From positions 53,258,001-53,322,000 of the forward strand of contig OZ024751.1 in the NCBI GenBank assembly GCA_964016885.1: 64,000 bases of DNA, in the 5' to 3' direction. The stretch comes from Eledone cirrhosa (lineage: Eukaryota). The notes under the pieces were generated by a model. It was not told the origin of the DNA. It searched no databases and was given only the letters and a program-made list of their open reading frames with translations. Below, piece after piece: positions 29,398 through 43,746 of the stretch (positions within the stretch are counted from its first letter, which is position 1; each line of letters begins with the position of its first letter). The translations under genes and the position numbers were made by a program.

Positions 29398-30672
29398 GAA
29401 GATTTATAAGTGCCCACCTAAATATATTCTTACATGAATATATGTTAGGCTTCTACATAAACTGGAAACATTCTCCCAATTTGTAGAAAACTTATAATGA
29501 AACAATTGTTTGGAAAGAGAGATATATTTTAACTTTAATTATATCTCATAAAATAATACAACTAGCTTTCCACAAAATACATATAGTTAGCACCCCAAAC
29601 ACTTAAATAGGGTTTATACTAACATATAACCCAATGTTTGTTGAGTGAGATGGTTACCAGTCGGAGTTTAGCTTTAAGCTATCTCTGTTATTGTATTTAA
29701 TATTTTACTCTTGATTTGGCCAGAGGTATTTATTTCCAGGTACCTTATAAACATGACTTTCCGTATTTGTTACTGTTATGAGATATGGAGGTTTTTTGGT
29801 TGTCACTTTTCTGTTTTTAGCCTAAGAAAATATATATATGCGTGTGTAAATAATTACATGCATACATTTATTTTTTTAAATTAATTGAGTTCTTAACACG
29901 TGGAATTGATAATAGTTTTGAAATAACTAATTAACCCGCGTGTATTAAATATTTTACTCTTAATTTGGCCAGAGATTTACATTCCCAATCGCCTTTTAAA
30001 GCGTAACTTTCCGTATTTACTACGGTTATGAAATGCGGCTTGTTATTCGGGTATCACTTCTGTTGCCTAAGAAAAAATCTATATGCGTGTGTAATTAATA
30101 CACGCATACATTTATTTTTTTAATTTCAATTGAGTTCTTAACACGTTGGATTGATAATGTTTTTGAAAAAACTAATTAACCCACGTGTATATTATTTTTC
30201 TTTTCTCGTGAATCGTGGTTGTCTCCCTTTCCCGCTTCATGACATTTTGATACTTCCTCAGTCAAAAGACTGCTGGAATTTGAAATTTGGCGGTCATTCG
30301 ATGCGTGAAGGAGCAGCTTAGCAGACACGATTTTTAACTGCGGTAAGAATTTTTTCTTATATCAAAGTTTAATGGGCTTCCACTGAAGATTTATAAGTGC
30401 CCACCTAAATATATTCTTACATGAATATATGTTAGGCTTCTACATAAACTGGAAACATTCTCCCAATTTGTAGAAAACTTATAATGAAACAATTGTTTGG
30501 AAAGAGAGATATATTTTAACTTTAATTATATCACATAAAATAATACAACTGGCTTTCCACAAAATACATATAGTTAGCAACCCAAACACTTAAATTGGGT
30601 TTATACTAACATATAACCCAATGTTTGTTGAGTGAGATGGTTACCAGTCGGAGTTATTGTATTTAATATTTT
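29398..30672. repeat. Unclassified element with ~270-bp terminal direct repeats and an internal ~250-bp tandem duplication
   Basis: 29398-29668 matches 30385-30655, and 29692-29945 resembles 29941-30190; bounded by (TA)n. Confidence 0.75.
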
Positions 30673-31259
30673 ATATATATATATATATATTTAGTATGTA
30701 ACCATAAAATTAGAAAGACATTCAAATATTATAAATACAACTAAACAAATATAGAAAAAAATATAGGTGAATAAATGTGTGAATATAGGTGTGTGTGTGA
30801 ATATGTATATCTGTGTGTATATGTATGTATATGCATAAATGTATGCCTATATATAAACATGAGTAACTATACATGTGTATATGTATATATAGATTTTTTT
30901 TTATATCATATATTTTTAGAACAAATTATTCCTCACAACAAAGAAATAGTTAATTTTTTAAGATTATTCTATTCAATTCTACTTGATGTAATACACTAAT
31001 CTCAGCATCCCATCTCCCCCAACCGTAATCTTCTTTGACCATCAATACTTTTATATACAATATGCCTAAACTCATTTACACTAACATTTCTTTTCTTAAA
31101 AGACATTTGATACCTTATCCACTGATGGCCTATTTATTCATCTACTACCACCAACCTTAAGGATTTATACTGCCCTTTTCCATTCTTAACAATGGTCAAT
31201 TTCAACCTTACTTATTCATATGTATGTTTCTTTTTGTATTCTTCAATAAACAAAACTCA

Positions 31260-31394
31260 TTATTTCTGAAGACGGCGGGTAGTGAAGACGTATGTATTCT
31301 TTTCTCACTATGATATTTTGTAATATGTTTTACATAGATCAATAATTAAATGAACATGCAGAAGACTACCCCCCAGAAACGATCATAAGATAAT
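31260..31394 (+). ncRNA. Putative hammerhead with greatly extended stem II
   Basis: ttattt CTGAAGA cggc gggtagt...(~80 nt)...actaccc ccca GAAAC gatc ATA agataa. Confidence 0.5.
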
Positions 31395-31724
31395 GTGTTT
31401 TACTATGAATTAACAGTTTTGTGTTTAATTTCATTGTTTTAATATTTCTCTCTCTCTATATATATATATAGATATAGATATATATAGATATAGATATATA
31501 TAGATATATATAGATATATAGATAGATAGATAGGTGTATAGAAAAAGTCCTGGTTTACAGAGTATCTCCATGGACAGTAAAGACTATAAAGTCTGATCTG
31601 TCTGACAGTAATGATGCCGCCACTGTGATTTCTCAATAGATAAGGAAGAGGATACCCTGCACGGAATAGAGTGGACTTCATTAATACCCACCTCCACCTC
31701 TCTATTTTGTAATTTTTCTCCTTC

Positions 31725-32315
<591 letters not shown>

Positions 32316-32681
32316 GTGTGTATAGTATTGTACCTAAGCCAGAAAACTACCATATATTCATATGTTCAATTAATCAACAGGAGTCTCTGCCAACTTGTAA
32401 AATGCCGTATTTCGTGACAACTGCAACACACTGCAGAGAGGAGTACATATTTATACTTACACACATATACATACACACAGATAAATATGCATAATACATA
32501 CATACATAAATACACTCATGCATACATACACACATACTCATATATATATAAATATATACATATATATCATATAAATATATATATATATATAAATATATAT
32601 ATACATATATATCATATAAATATAAATATATATACACATATATCATATAAATATATAAATATATATATACATATCATGTAA

Positions 32682-32739
<58 letters not shown>

Positions 32740-32833
32740 TATATGTAAATATATATATATATATATATATACATGTATATATATAGATATAAATAAATAT
32801 ATATATATATGTATATATATGTATATATATATG

Positions 32834-32906
<73 letters not shown>

Positions 32907-33317
32907 GCTTTTCAATTCATATGTAAAGATGCCAAACAAACAAGAACAAGAACAAATAGTATCGATAATAAAATAACAACAACAATACCGTAGGGAAAGT
33001 AACAACCAATTGATTCTCGCTGTTTGATATTTGCAACTTAGAACGAGTCAGACATGTCTAAAGAAGAAGACATGTCCATTATAAATATATAAATAAATAT
33101 TATCGTTTTTGTTTATTCTTTTGGTCTTTTACTGGTTTCGGTAATTTGACCACGGCCATGATGAGGGCAAGGCCATGAAGGATTTTAATCACCATCATAT
33201 CGACTCCGGTACTTATTTGTTTTTCACAAGTCTGTTACTTATTTCATCGATCAACTTTTGTCGAAACATTACTGTACATAGACATACACATACAGAAATA
33301 TAAATCTAGACATGTAT

Positions 33318-33450
<133 letters not shown>

Positions 33451-33719
33451 TACATATGCATAATCACACATACATACATATATACAGTATATGTATGTGT
33501 ATAAGTATGTATATATATATATGTATATGTGTGTGTGCGTATGTCCTCTGTCCCAATAACTTCATTTAGTTATCGCTCGCACTGATTTTAGGTATCTAGT
33601 CTTTAATGCGAAGAAATACTATTGAGAATCAGCAGACTACTGATGATGGACATTCCTGTTTCTCGGTCTAATTTCATTCATATGTTCATATTCGCAACAA
33701 CGCAGCACGCCATTTTTCA

Positions 33720-33784
<65 letters not shown>

Positions 33785-33789
33785 TTTCA

Positions 33790-33960
33790 TGGCTAACTAA
33801 CTACATCCGTATTACCCAAATGAAAAGAAATTACTCTCGTTTTCTTACTTTTCTTATTTTCAGCTATCTTTCTATTTCTTCTATTTCTGATGAATGACTA
33901 ACGTCCGAAACGCTATGATTCCCTTTTCCACTATACCAAGCGTTAAATTAATATAGATCA
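33790..33960 (+). mobile_element. Solo pLTR of Penelope family B with degenerate hammerhead (33882-33920)
   Basis: CTGATGAatgactaacgtccGAAACgcta..CTATACCAAGCGTTAA is similar to 19720-19778. Confidence 0.7.
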
Positions 33961-34042
33961 CCATCGTAGTGCACTGTTATATATATACACACACACACAC
34001 ACACATATATATACATACACATATATATATATACATATATAT

Positions 34043-34081
<39 letters not shown>

Positions 34082-34112
34082 CATACATATATACACACAC
34101 ACATATATATAA

Positions 34113-34154
<42 letters not shown>

Positions 34155-34517
34155 ACATACATACACACACGTACACACACACACACACACATATATATAT
34201 ACATATATACATACATATATATATATAAATATATATATACATATATACATATATATAGTTTTGCGAGGTTTTTTATATGAAATCGTGTGTCGAAACAAAT
34301 ATTGTTATACTTGGGGAGGGTCATATTTGTGTAATATTGCCAGAATAAATAACAGAACACACTCACTGTTTGGTTGGTTTTCGCTTTTCGCTTCTGTGTC
34401 TTTTATATCGGTAATCTAATATAATATAATATACTCGGTCCTCAATGTTGCCATTGACTGACCGACGGTCAAAAATAATACAGATACAATATAGACACAA
34501 ACACATATATATAGTTT

Positions 34518-34559
34518 ATCATAAATCTTTCGTTGCACATCTGCAACATCGTCAGTGGT
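34518..34559 (-). ncRNA. Hammerhead ribozyme, family A (inverted arm)
   Basis: Exact reverse complement of 37318-37359. Confidence 0.75.
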
Positions 34560-35218
34560 TCTATTGTTTCCTCCTGTTGAATTGTATAGCTACGCCATTT
34601 TTATTCAGTCTGTCTATATATTTATTTATTTATTTGCTTGTTTGTTTATTTTATTTTGTCTTCTTTGCGCATGCGTTTGCGTGTGTGTATAGTGTTTTGT
34701 TTGATGTGTGATGTGTGTTCGTGATTGGGTGACTAATGTGTGTTTATGTGTTTGTTGTTATTGTGCTTGTGTATTTATTTATTTATTTATTTATTTATTT
34801 TATTATATTTTATTTACTTATTTATACTTCTCGTAAGTCAGTGTTGTTTGTTTGGGTGTTGTTGTTATTTCATTCATTCTTTCTGTTTAGCCTTGGTCTT
34901 CTAATTTCTATTTCACTGGCCTCTCTGATTTGCCTATCTGCTGGGGCATTTCTATGTTTAGATATTATTCTAAATTCTATATTGTCTATGTTACCGTCAT
35001 GTTGTTGTCTGGCATGTTCGTATAGTACTGGCCCGATTTTCGTCCTTTTAGTTCCCCCCAGTGTTGGTCTATCCTTTCACTTATGCTACGAGCTGTCTCA
35101 CCTATGTATGTTGTTGTCATGTTTCTGCAGGTACCCTCTGTACATCTTATGCTATAGAGTACGTCTCTAGTTTTACAGAAACAAGACTCGTATGCGGAGC
35201 TAATATAGCTAGTAACTA

Positions 35219-37011
35219 CCCGTATGCGGAGCTAATATAGCTAGTAACTACAGGATCTCCTACTTCCTCTCAATGGTTATATGCCCCTTAATCAAGATGT
35301 CCCCGGATGTATGTGACAGTACAGAGGACCTCCTCAGCAGAATCAGTGAGTGCAACAAAAACAGGAACCTATCCAACTACATAATAGGCAGCATGGATGT
35401 GGTGTCACTGTACCCATCCATTAACATTGATTTTGCTGTGAAAAAATGTGTGGAGATGATCATTGAGAGTGAGGTGGAGTTCTGCGACGTCGAGACAGAC
35501 GAACTGGGCCTCCTACTTAGACTTACCTACGACACTGACTACCTAGACAGCCATGACCTTAGACGTTTCTGCCCTAGTAGACCCATAAGAGGTAGACGCC
35601 CACCATAACCTCAATGGCAAAAAAGACTCCCATGGGAAGGTGGATTGGGTGGACCAAACTATACGGACCCCCCCAAAACAATGATCAGGTAAGAAAAATG
35701 GTCGCACATGCAATAGGGGCTAGTATCAAAACTACCTTCAAGGGCCACATATTTAAGTTCAACGAGAAGATCTACACCCAAAATGAAGGAGCAGCCATTG
35801 GCGTCAGCATAGCTGGTGATGTTGCCAACCTTTTCATGGTATGGTGGGAAAGGAGACTTAAAGATCTCCTTAATGAGAGCTCCATAGACCTCATCATGTA
35901 CTCTCGTTATGTAGACGATATCAATATAGTTATAAGAACATCCCCACTAGAGGGCACTAACAAGTTTGATTTAGAACGTAGCACAATGGAAAGCATCCAG
36001 CAGATAGCTAATTCCATACACCAGAGTATAACTGTAACTATCGACTTCCCTTCTAAACACCCTAACAATAGACTACCTGTATTAGACACAGAACTCTGGA
36101 ATAACACTATAGACGAGAGAGCCCAAATTCTCCACTCACACTATGCTAAACCCATGGCCTCCAAATACCTGATACTCAAAAACTCAGCAATGTCCAGTAG
36201 TGCTAAGTTTAATATTCTGATTGCAGATTTGGTAAGAGTGATGAAGAATGTGTCCCGCATGTGCGACCCAACAGAAATGGAAAGACACATCCAACACTTC
36301 ATCAACCGCATGCAGTTCTCTGGCTACAACCAAAGAGACAGAGTCAGAGTATACGAAGGAACCATGGAGAAGTATAAGACCCTCATAGAACTGGACATGA
36401 AAGGAATTTTCCCATTATACATGAGCAAATCATGGAATAGCTTAGATAGGGCTAGACATAAGATAGGGAAAGCCACCTCATGGTACGACAACCAGAGATA
36501 CCGGAGTGTCATGTTTGTGGACGCTACCCGTGGAGGGAAATTAGCTAACCAGTGTAGAAAGGCCCTGAGAAAGACCCACTTAAAAATTAAGGTGGTAGAA
36601 AAGCCAGGAACCACCATAAAATCCCTGATCAGCAAAACCTACCCTTTTAAGAAAACCCATTGTACCAATAGGAAATGTATCATATGTAAGGTAAACCCCC
36701 GGATAAACTGTAAAACTAGAAACGTAGTCTATAGCATAAGATGTACAGAGGGTACCTGCAGAAACATGACAACAACATACATAGGTGAGACAGCTCGTAG
36801 CATAGGTGAAAGGATAAACCAAGACTGGGTGGAACTAAAAGGACGAAAAAACGGGTTAGTACTATACGAACATGCCAGACATGACGGTAACATAGACAAC
36901 ATAGAAATTAGAATAATATCTAAACATAGAAATGACCCAGCAGATAGGCAAATCAGAGAGGCCAGTGAAATAGAAATTAGAAGACCAAGGCTAAACAGAA
37001 AGAATGAATGA
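35219..37011 (+). pseudogene. Penelope-like polyprotein (RT-thumb-Cys linker-GIY-YIG), frameshift at ~35605
   Basis: PVCGA, GSMDVVSLYPSI, GAAIGVSIAGDVANLFM, YSRYVDD, LPVLD, CTNRKCIIC, VVYSIRC, YIGET, RQIREA. Confidence 0.92.
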
Positions 37012-37317
37012 AATAACAACAACACCCAAACAAACAACACTGACTTACGAGAAGTATAAATAAGTAAATAAAATATAATAAAATAAATAAATAAATAAAT
37101 AAATAAATACACAAGCACAATAACAACAAACACATAAACACACATTAGTCACCCAATCACGAACACACATCACATATCAAACAAAACACTATACACACAC
37201 GCAAACGCATGCGCAAGGAAGACAAAATAAAATAAACAAACAAGCAAATAAATAAATATATAGACAGACTGAATAAAAATGGTGTGGCCATACAATTCAA
37301 CAGGAGGAAACAATAGA

Positions 37318-37359
37318 ACCACTGACGATGTTGCAGATGTGCAACGAAAGATTTATGAT
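37318..37359 (+). ncRNA. Hammerhead ribozyme, family A
   Basis: acca CTGACGA t gttgca gatg tgcaac GAAA gatt TA tgat. Confidence 0.75.
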
Positions 37360-37621
37360 AAACTATATATATGTGTTTGTGTCTATATTGTATCTGTATT
37401 ATTTTTGACCGTCGGTCAGTCAATGGCAACATTGAGGACCGAGTATATTATATTATATTAGATTACCGATATAAAAGACACAGAAGCGAAAAGCGAAAAC
37501 CAACCAAACAGTGAGTGTGTTCTGTTATTTATTCTGGCAATATTACACAAATATGACCCTCCCCAATGACCATATATATATACATATATACATATATATA
37601 TATACACACACAGACACACAG

Positions 37622-37713
<92 letters not shown>

Positions 37714-38061
37714 GCGGGAACTAAACAACCAGAAAATCTGCTGAGAACAATTTCAAAGTCGAAGAGAATGTAAATAAAACAAAACAAATTAAAAGCAAAA
37801 AAAAGGCAGCAACATAAAACAAGGGAATACTCCTACAACAGTCGTTGGTCCTTGTGGGAAATAATAAGTAGAATAGAACAGTTAAAGTGATGATAATTAA
37901 GAGGGAGAGGCAGAGAGATGTTGTGAGAGAGGCGGAAAGGGGGAAGAGAGAGTGGGGCTGAGGAGGGATATAGAATATGTGAGGTGTTCTTTATGATAAT
38001 TTTTTTTTTCAGTATTCTAGTGGAGGTTATTAAGTGCACCTTTGATAGGGTGTTTCCAGAG

Positions 38062-38105
<44 letters not shown>

Positions 38106-38112
<7 letters not shown>

Positions 38113-38926
38113 ATACTTTGGGAGGGTCATGTTGCCAATAAGAAACACACGCACCAGTTGCTTTCACTTCAATTTAATTTATTATATATTTATAAATTTA
38201 CAAATTTATAAATTTCTGGTTGGTTGGTTGGTTCCACAACCAGATAGTTGTTTATATATATATAGTCATAGTTCTTTCGTCACACACTCTGTGACCTCTT
38301 CAGTGACTGGGGATTTCTTTCTTCGTTTCTGTGCCTTTCCTTTCTTCTATCCTACGCCATTTTGTTTGTGTGTGGGTTGCGTGCTCAGTTTGCGCATGCG
38401 CCACATCCGGGTGTCTGTGTGTGTTTGTGTTCATTTTTCTATTTTTATTTATATTTTTCTATTTGTTTGTTTATTTATTTATTTATTGTTGGTTGGTTGT
38501 TTGTTCTATGTGTGTGTGTGTTTTCATTTTGTCTTGTGTGTGTTTTCATTTTGTGTGTGTTTTCAATTGTAAGTTGTTTGTTCTATGTGTGTGTGTGTTT
38601 TCATTTTGTCCTTAATTGTAAGTTGTGATGTTGCTGTTCCACTCATATTTTCTATTTAATTTTGGTTTTAATTCTTTTATGCTTACTGCCTCTGTAATTT
38701 GCCTAAACATTGCGTCTTTCTTGTGTGTGTATTCTATTTTTATTTCTATGCTCTCTAATTTACCCCTGTGTTCTATCTTAGCATGTTGGTAGAGCACAGA
38801 TGATTCTTTATTATCTTGGAGGTCTCGCCAGTGTTCATTTATTCGTTCCCCTATACTACGAGCTGTCTCACCTATGTACACTATATTTTTGTTTCTACAT
38901 TGTCCTTCAGTACATCTTATGCTATA
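38106..38926 (-). mobile_element. Penelope-like family C: GIY-YIG C-terminus + pLTR
   Basis: ORF 38612..38881 YIGETARSIGERINEH...RQITEAVSI...LNRKYEWN; terminus ATGACCCTCCCAAAGTATAACAAT then (TA)n, similar to family A. Confidence 0.88.
38265..38307 (-). ncRNA. Hammerhead ribozyme, family C
   Basis: Minus strand gtca CTGAAGA g gtcac agagtgt gtgac GAAA gaac TA tgac. Confidence 0.85.
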
Positions 38927-38941
38927 TACAATTCAGAAACG

Positions 38942-39032
<91 letters not shown>

Positions 39033-39036
<4 letters not shown>

Positions 39037-39338
39037 AAAAAGGGATGAAATCGAAAATGCAACTGAAGTCTTATTTTTTTTTAAAATATATATTTATTTG
39101 GTTCCTTTACCGGTTTCGCAGTTCGCAGATGTGAGAAAAACCACAGACCCTCCATCTCAACTCACCTTTTGAAAAGCAGAAGAACTGCGAAACCGGTAAA
39201 GGAACCAAATAAATATATATTTTAAAAAAAAATAAGACTTCAGTTGCATTTTCGATTTCATCCCTTTTTCTTTATACTTCCACTCGTGTAGGACACCTCG
39301 GTTATTTTTCATTTTGTAAAAAAAAACCTCACTTTCTA
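39033..39338. mobile_element. Fold-back hammerhead element; further copy at 40171-40380 (-)
   Basis: 39034-39124 is the reverse complement of 39183-39273; flanked by (TA)n. Confidence 0.75.
39165..39202 (+). ncRNA. Variant hammerhead with U3-A8 core (UUGAAAA)
   Basis: cctt TTGAAAA gcag aagaa ctgc GAAAC cg GTA aagg; all three stems are perfect; same sequence on the minus strand at 40307-40344. Confidence 0.7.
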
Positions 39339-39465
39339 ATATATATATATATATATACATATATATAAATATATATATATGCATATGTATACACATTTAA
39401 ATACACAAACACACATAAACACACCCGTACTCACACACAAATATATATATATTTATATATATATA

Positions 39466-39506
<41 letters not shown>

Positions 39507-39545
39507 GATATTAATAAATGGAAACTATATTTATAAAACCATATT

Positions 39546-39610
39546 TATTTCATTATATATATTTCAAGGATATCAAGTTACATTATGGTATGCCTTCATC
39601 AGACAAAATA
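39546..39610 (-). ncRNA. Hammerhead ribozyme, family of 5101
   Basis: Minus strand tattttgt CTGATGA aggcatacc...gatatcctt GAAA tatata TA atgaaata. Confidence 0.75.
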
Positions 39611-39990
39611 CAATATCAGTTTTATAAATAGACATTGACGTACCCCTTTAAAAACTGACCGTTGCTTTTGGAGGCCATCAGGATATATATATATATATTC
39701 GAAAGTAAGGTTATTTTTGAATACATCCCACATTGGTAAAAATAAAGGAAAAAGAAGTTGCACTATAGCATAGCCACACATCTCTCCATCTCTCTTAACT
39801 TTCGAAAATCTTGAAATTAGTTACTGAGAAAGTTACAGAATGTGTGACGAAAGAGCTTTGGCAATAAATAAATAACCATCTGGTTATTAAACCAACCAAC
39901 GGGAAATTGGTAATAAATTGAAGTAAATCCAACAGGTGCGTGTGTTCTTATTGGCAGCATGACCCTCCCTAAGTATAACAATATATACAG

Positions 39991-40022
<32 letters not shown>

Positions 40023-40046
40023 TATATATATATATTAATATATATA

Positions 40047-40177
<131 letters not shown>

Positions 40178-40375
40178 GTGAGGTTTTTTTTACAAAATGA
40201 AAAATAACCGGTGTCCTACACGAGTGAAAGTATAAAGAAAAAGAGATGAAATCGAAAATGCAACTGGAGTCTTATTTTTTTTTAAAATATATATATTTAT
40301 TTGGTTCCTTTACCGGTTTCGCAGTTCTTCTGCTTTTCAAAAGGTGAGTTGAGATGGAGGGTCTGTGGTTTTTCT

Positions 40376-40416
<41 letters not shown>

Positions 40417-41299
40417 ATAATAATAATTGTGAAGACTATATATATATATATATACATTATCCATTCGTAAAACACATACAAAAACTGTTCAGTTCACTTA
40501 TTGATAATTTATTTCCTCGCTATTAAATTTTTGACGCACTCTTTGTGACCTGGTCACTGATACAGTTTCACTATAGTTCAGTAAATGTCAGAGATTTAAC
40601 TCGATGTAACACTACCAATATTGGCTAGACTATTGAAAACTATTTCACAATTTATAATAATATATGTTCAGATGTGATGCAATAATTGAGACACTATATT
40701 TGGTAATGTAACAAGTAATGTGTGTGTAGTGTGATATAAGTAACACACACACACACATTTCTCTATATATATGTATGTGTGTATGTATATGTAAACATAT
40801 ATATATATATATGTTTATGTACACACACACACATATATGTGTATATATGTTGTATATATACATATATATACACGCACACATATATATAAATATATATGTA
40901 TATGATATATGTGTGTGTGTAAAGTATATACAACCAATTAAAATGTTCTAGTTTCATTGTTGGACTTTCCATTCAACTTGTTACACGCCATTCATTATCA
41001 TGATTCTTGCTATGATTGTTCTGGAAATAACTGCTTTGCAAAATCTAATAGAACATCGTATCATCGAAAATGTCATAAATATTGATTTTCATTTCTTCAC
41101 TGTAGATTACAAAGTTGAAATATTTATAGTAAAGTAAGAAGAGGGGGTTGTGATGCAATCAATTGTCTCAACACCTTTACCCTGTCTAGGAGAGAAAGCA
41201 AGAACAAAGCCGATCGTCAGATTGGACCAAGGAAATAATGCTTACGTTAGTCTTTCCATCGCTGATATTATCTGCCGGTCATACAATATATGGCATAAG

Positions 41300-41930
41300 G
41301 GTCAGATCAGATCAAGGACCTTATGCTCCTGTTGGTCTTTCTTTTACTGATACAACCTGTCAGTCGTAACTCCTGCCAGATGTGTCAGAGCATACCAAGG
41401 ACCTTATGCTCCTGTTGGTATTTCTCTTACTGATACAACCTGTCAGTCCTAACCCCTGCCAGATGTGTCAGAGCAGACCAAGGTCCTTATGCTCCTGTTG
41501 GTATTTCTCTTACTGATACAACCTGCCAGTCCTAACTCCTGCCAGATGTGTCAGAGCAGACCAAGGTCCTTATTCTCCTGTTAGTATTTCTCTTACTGAT
41601 ACAACCTGTCAGTCGTAACTTCTGCCAGATGTGTCAGAGCAGACCAAGGTCCTTATGCTCCTGTTGGAATTTCTCTTACTGATACAATCTGTCAATCGTA
41701 ACTCCTGCCAGATGTGTCAGAGCAGACCAAATCCTTATGCTCCTGTTGGTATTTCTCTTACTGATACAATCTGTCAGTCGTAACTCCTGCCAGATGTGTC
41801 AGAGCAGACCAAGGTCCTTATGCTCCTGTTGGTATTTCTCTTACTGATACAACCTGCCAGTCCTAACGCCTGGCAGATGTGTCAGAACGGACCAAGGACC
41901 TTATGTCCCGTTTGTCTTTCTATTGCTGAT
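41300..41930. repeat. 83-bp tandem repeat, ~7.5 copies
   Basis: CCAAGG(A/T)CCTTATGCTCCTGTTGG-like motif recurs at 41395, 41478, 41561, 41644, 41727, 41809 and 41892; a degenerate unit lies upstream (~41225). Confidence 0.95.
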
Positions 41931-42623
41931 GATATCTAACAGAAGGGGCAATATGAAATGAGAAATTTTGCTCAAGAACACAGTGTCGTTCGAGTTAGGA
42001 ATGGAACCCATGACCATAGGATCGTGACCTCTACACACTAACTACTTGAATGAACAAGAAGCAGCAAAACAAAGAGAAGGAGTTTAGAAAATATCCTGCT
42101 ACCATAAATTGCTCAAGAATATTTCCACGAAAAACAATCAATATACGAGAAGAAACATAGCCTGGTGTTTCTTCGCAGATACGAGCGCCTTTCTATCATA
42201 TTTCTCACCGCTACCTTTCAACTGAATTAATAATGATTAGACTCAGGTATTTAAGATTAAAACTGATTAATTTAACTGGGTTCATTATTCAATTATAACA
42301 TTTGATAATTAATTGATTAATCTTGCTTTCTTATTGTATCATAACTATGGATCAGAATGTGTGGCTTCACGCTGCGTGAATAGTGTGAAACTATATGAAA
42401 TATTTGGAAGGTATAACAGTGGAATTCTGGATTTTTCACTCATCTGGTAATGTCTATCAACTTCATTTGTGTCCGCATCGCAGTTAAAAATAGCCTCATC
42501 AAGCTGCTGTCTCTCTTTATCGTATGTTATAATGACCTCGTATTGTGATGCTTCGTTTAGCGCTGCATTTTTATCGAAAATTATTTAGAACGCTAGCCAA
42601 GTTATTGCTGTTTGTGTGTATAT

Positions 42624-42830
42624 ATGGCCGAGTGGTTAGAGAATTGGATTCGCAATCGTGAGTTTGTGAGTTCTATTCCTGGACCGGGCGATGCGTTATG
42701 TCCTTGAGCAAGACACTTTATTTCACGTTGTTCCTTCTACCCGAAGTTGCGACCGATAGATAGTATTAGCAATTGGAAAGACCAACGGAAACATTGTTTC
42801 CTCGGTCCGATTTGACGAAACTCGATAAAC
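42624..42830 (+). mobile_element. tRNA-derived CORE-like SINE
   Basis: TGGCCGAGTGGTTAG...GAGTTCTATTCC...TGTCCTTGAGCAAGACACTTTATTTCACGTTG; near copy at 51424-51625. Confidence 0.8.
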
Positions 42831-42832
42831 TG

Positions 42833-42864
<32 letters not shown>

Positions 42865-43377
42865 TATTTATTACCACCATCAGAGTTCTCAGTAACACAT
42901 ACGCAATATTTAGGTTGATTATATAATCGTTTCTATAATGAATAGCAAAACAAAACTACAGAAGAGGAAACCATTGTTTTAGTATTACTATTATTATCAT
43001 TATTATTATCTTTATCTTTATTACTTGTATAAATCTTGGGTTGTTTGTTGTCAGTGTTGGTGTTGGTGGTGGGAGTAACTTATATGTGACATGTTGTATA
43101 GAAACTTCTCCCTAACTAATTGAGGTGACTAAGTAGAGTGTCAGCCCCTTTCAGCTGGAACTAACTAATAACAAACACTAAGACACAATAACAAACGATA
43201 AGAAAGGAAACAATGAAAAGAAAATAGAGAGGTAGTTACATTCTCCCGCAGGTACCATTGTATAAAGGCTAAAGTTAAGAGGGATTTTGTTCTAAGGAAT
43301 CTCTTGGTGTTTTGTCATAATGTCAACACACCAAGCAAATAGTTAAATAGTTACTTTTATGTATGCCATATCATAAA

Positions 43378-43393
43378 TGCATATATATATATG

Positions 43394-43474
<81 letters not shown>

Positions 43475-43561
43475 GTATATATATATATATACCTATATAT
43501 ATATATATATATGTATGTATATATATATATATATATATACACATGTATATATATATATACC

Positions 43562-43645
<84 letters not shown>

Positions 43646-43678
43646 CGTATATATATATACGTATATATATATATATAC

Positions 43679-43746
<68 letters not shown>

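Larger units (their letters stand above)
34258..37568 (+). mobile_element. Penelope-like family A, longest copy: ~900-bp 5' inverted segment (34258-35177) + RT + GIY-YIG + pLTR
   Basis: 34314-35177 is the reverse complement of ~36708-37566; terminal ATGACCCTCCCCAA on both arms; flanked by microsatellite. Confidence 0.92.

Noticed and set aside
41300-41930. CRISPR-like array
   Set aside because: Units are contiguous and near-identical with no unique spacers; eukaryotic context and no cas genes. The same applies to the 36-bp array at 24284.
42345-42585. ~80-codon stop-free minus frame (IIFDKNAALNEASQYEV...) as a host exon
   Set aside because: No recognisable motif and no convincing splice sites; needs BLASTx or RNA-seq.
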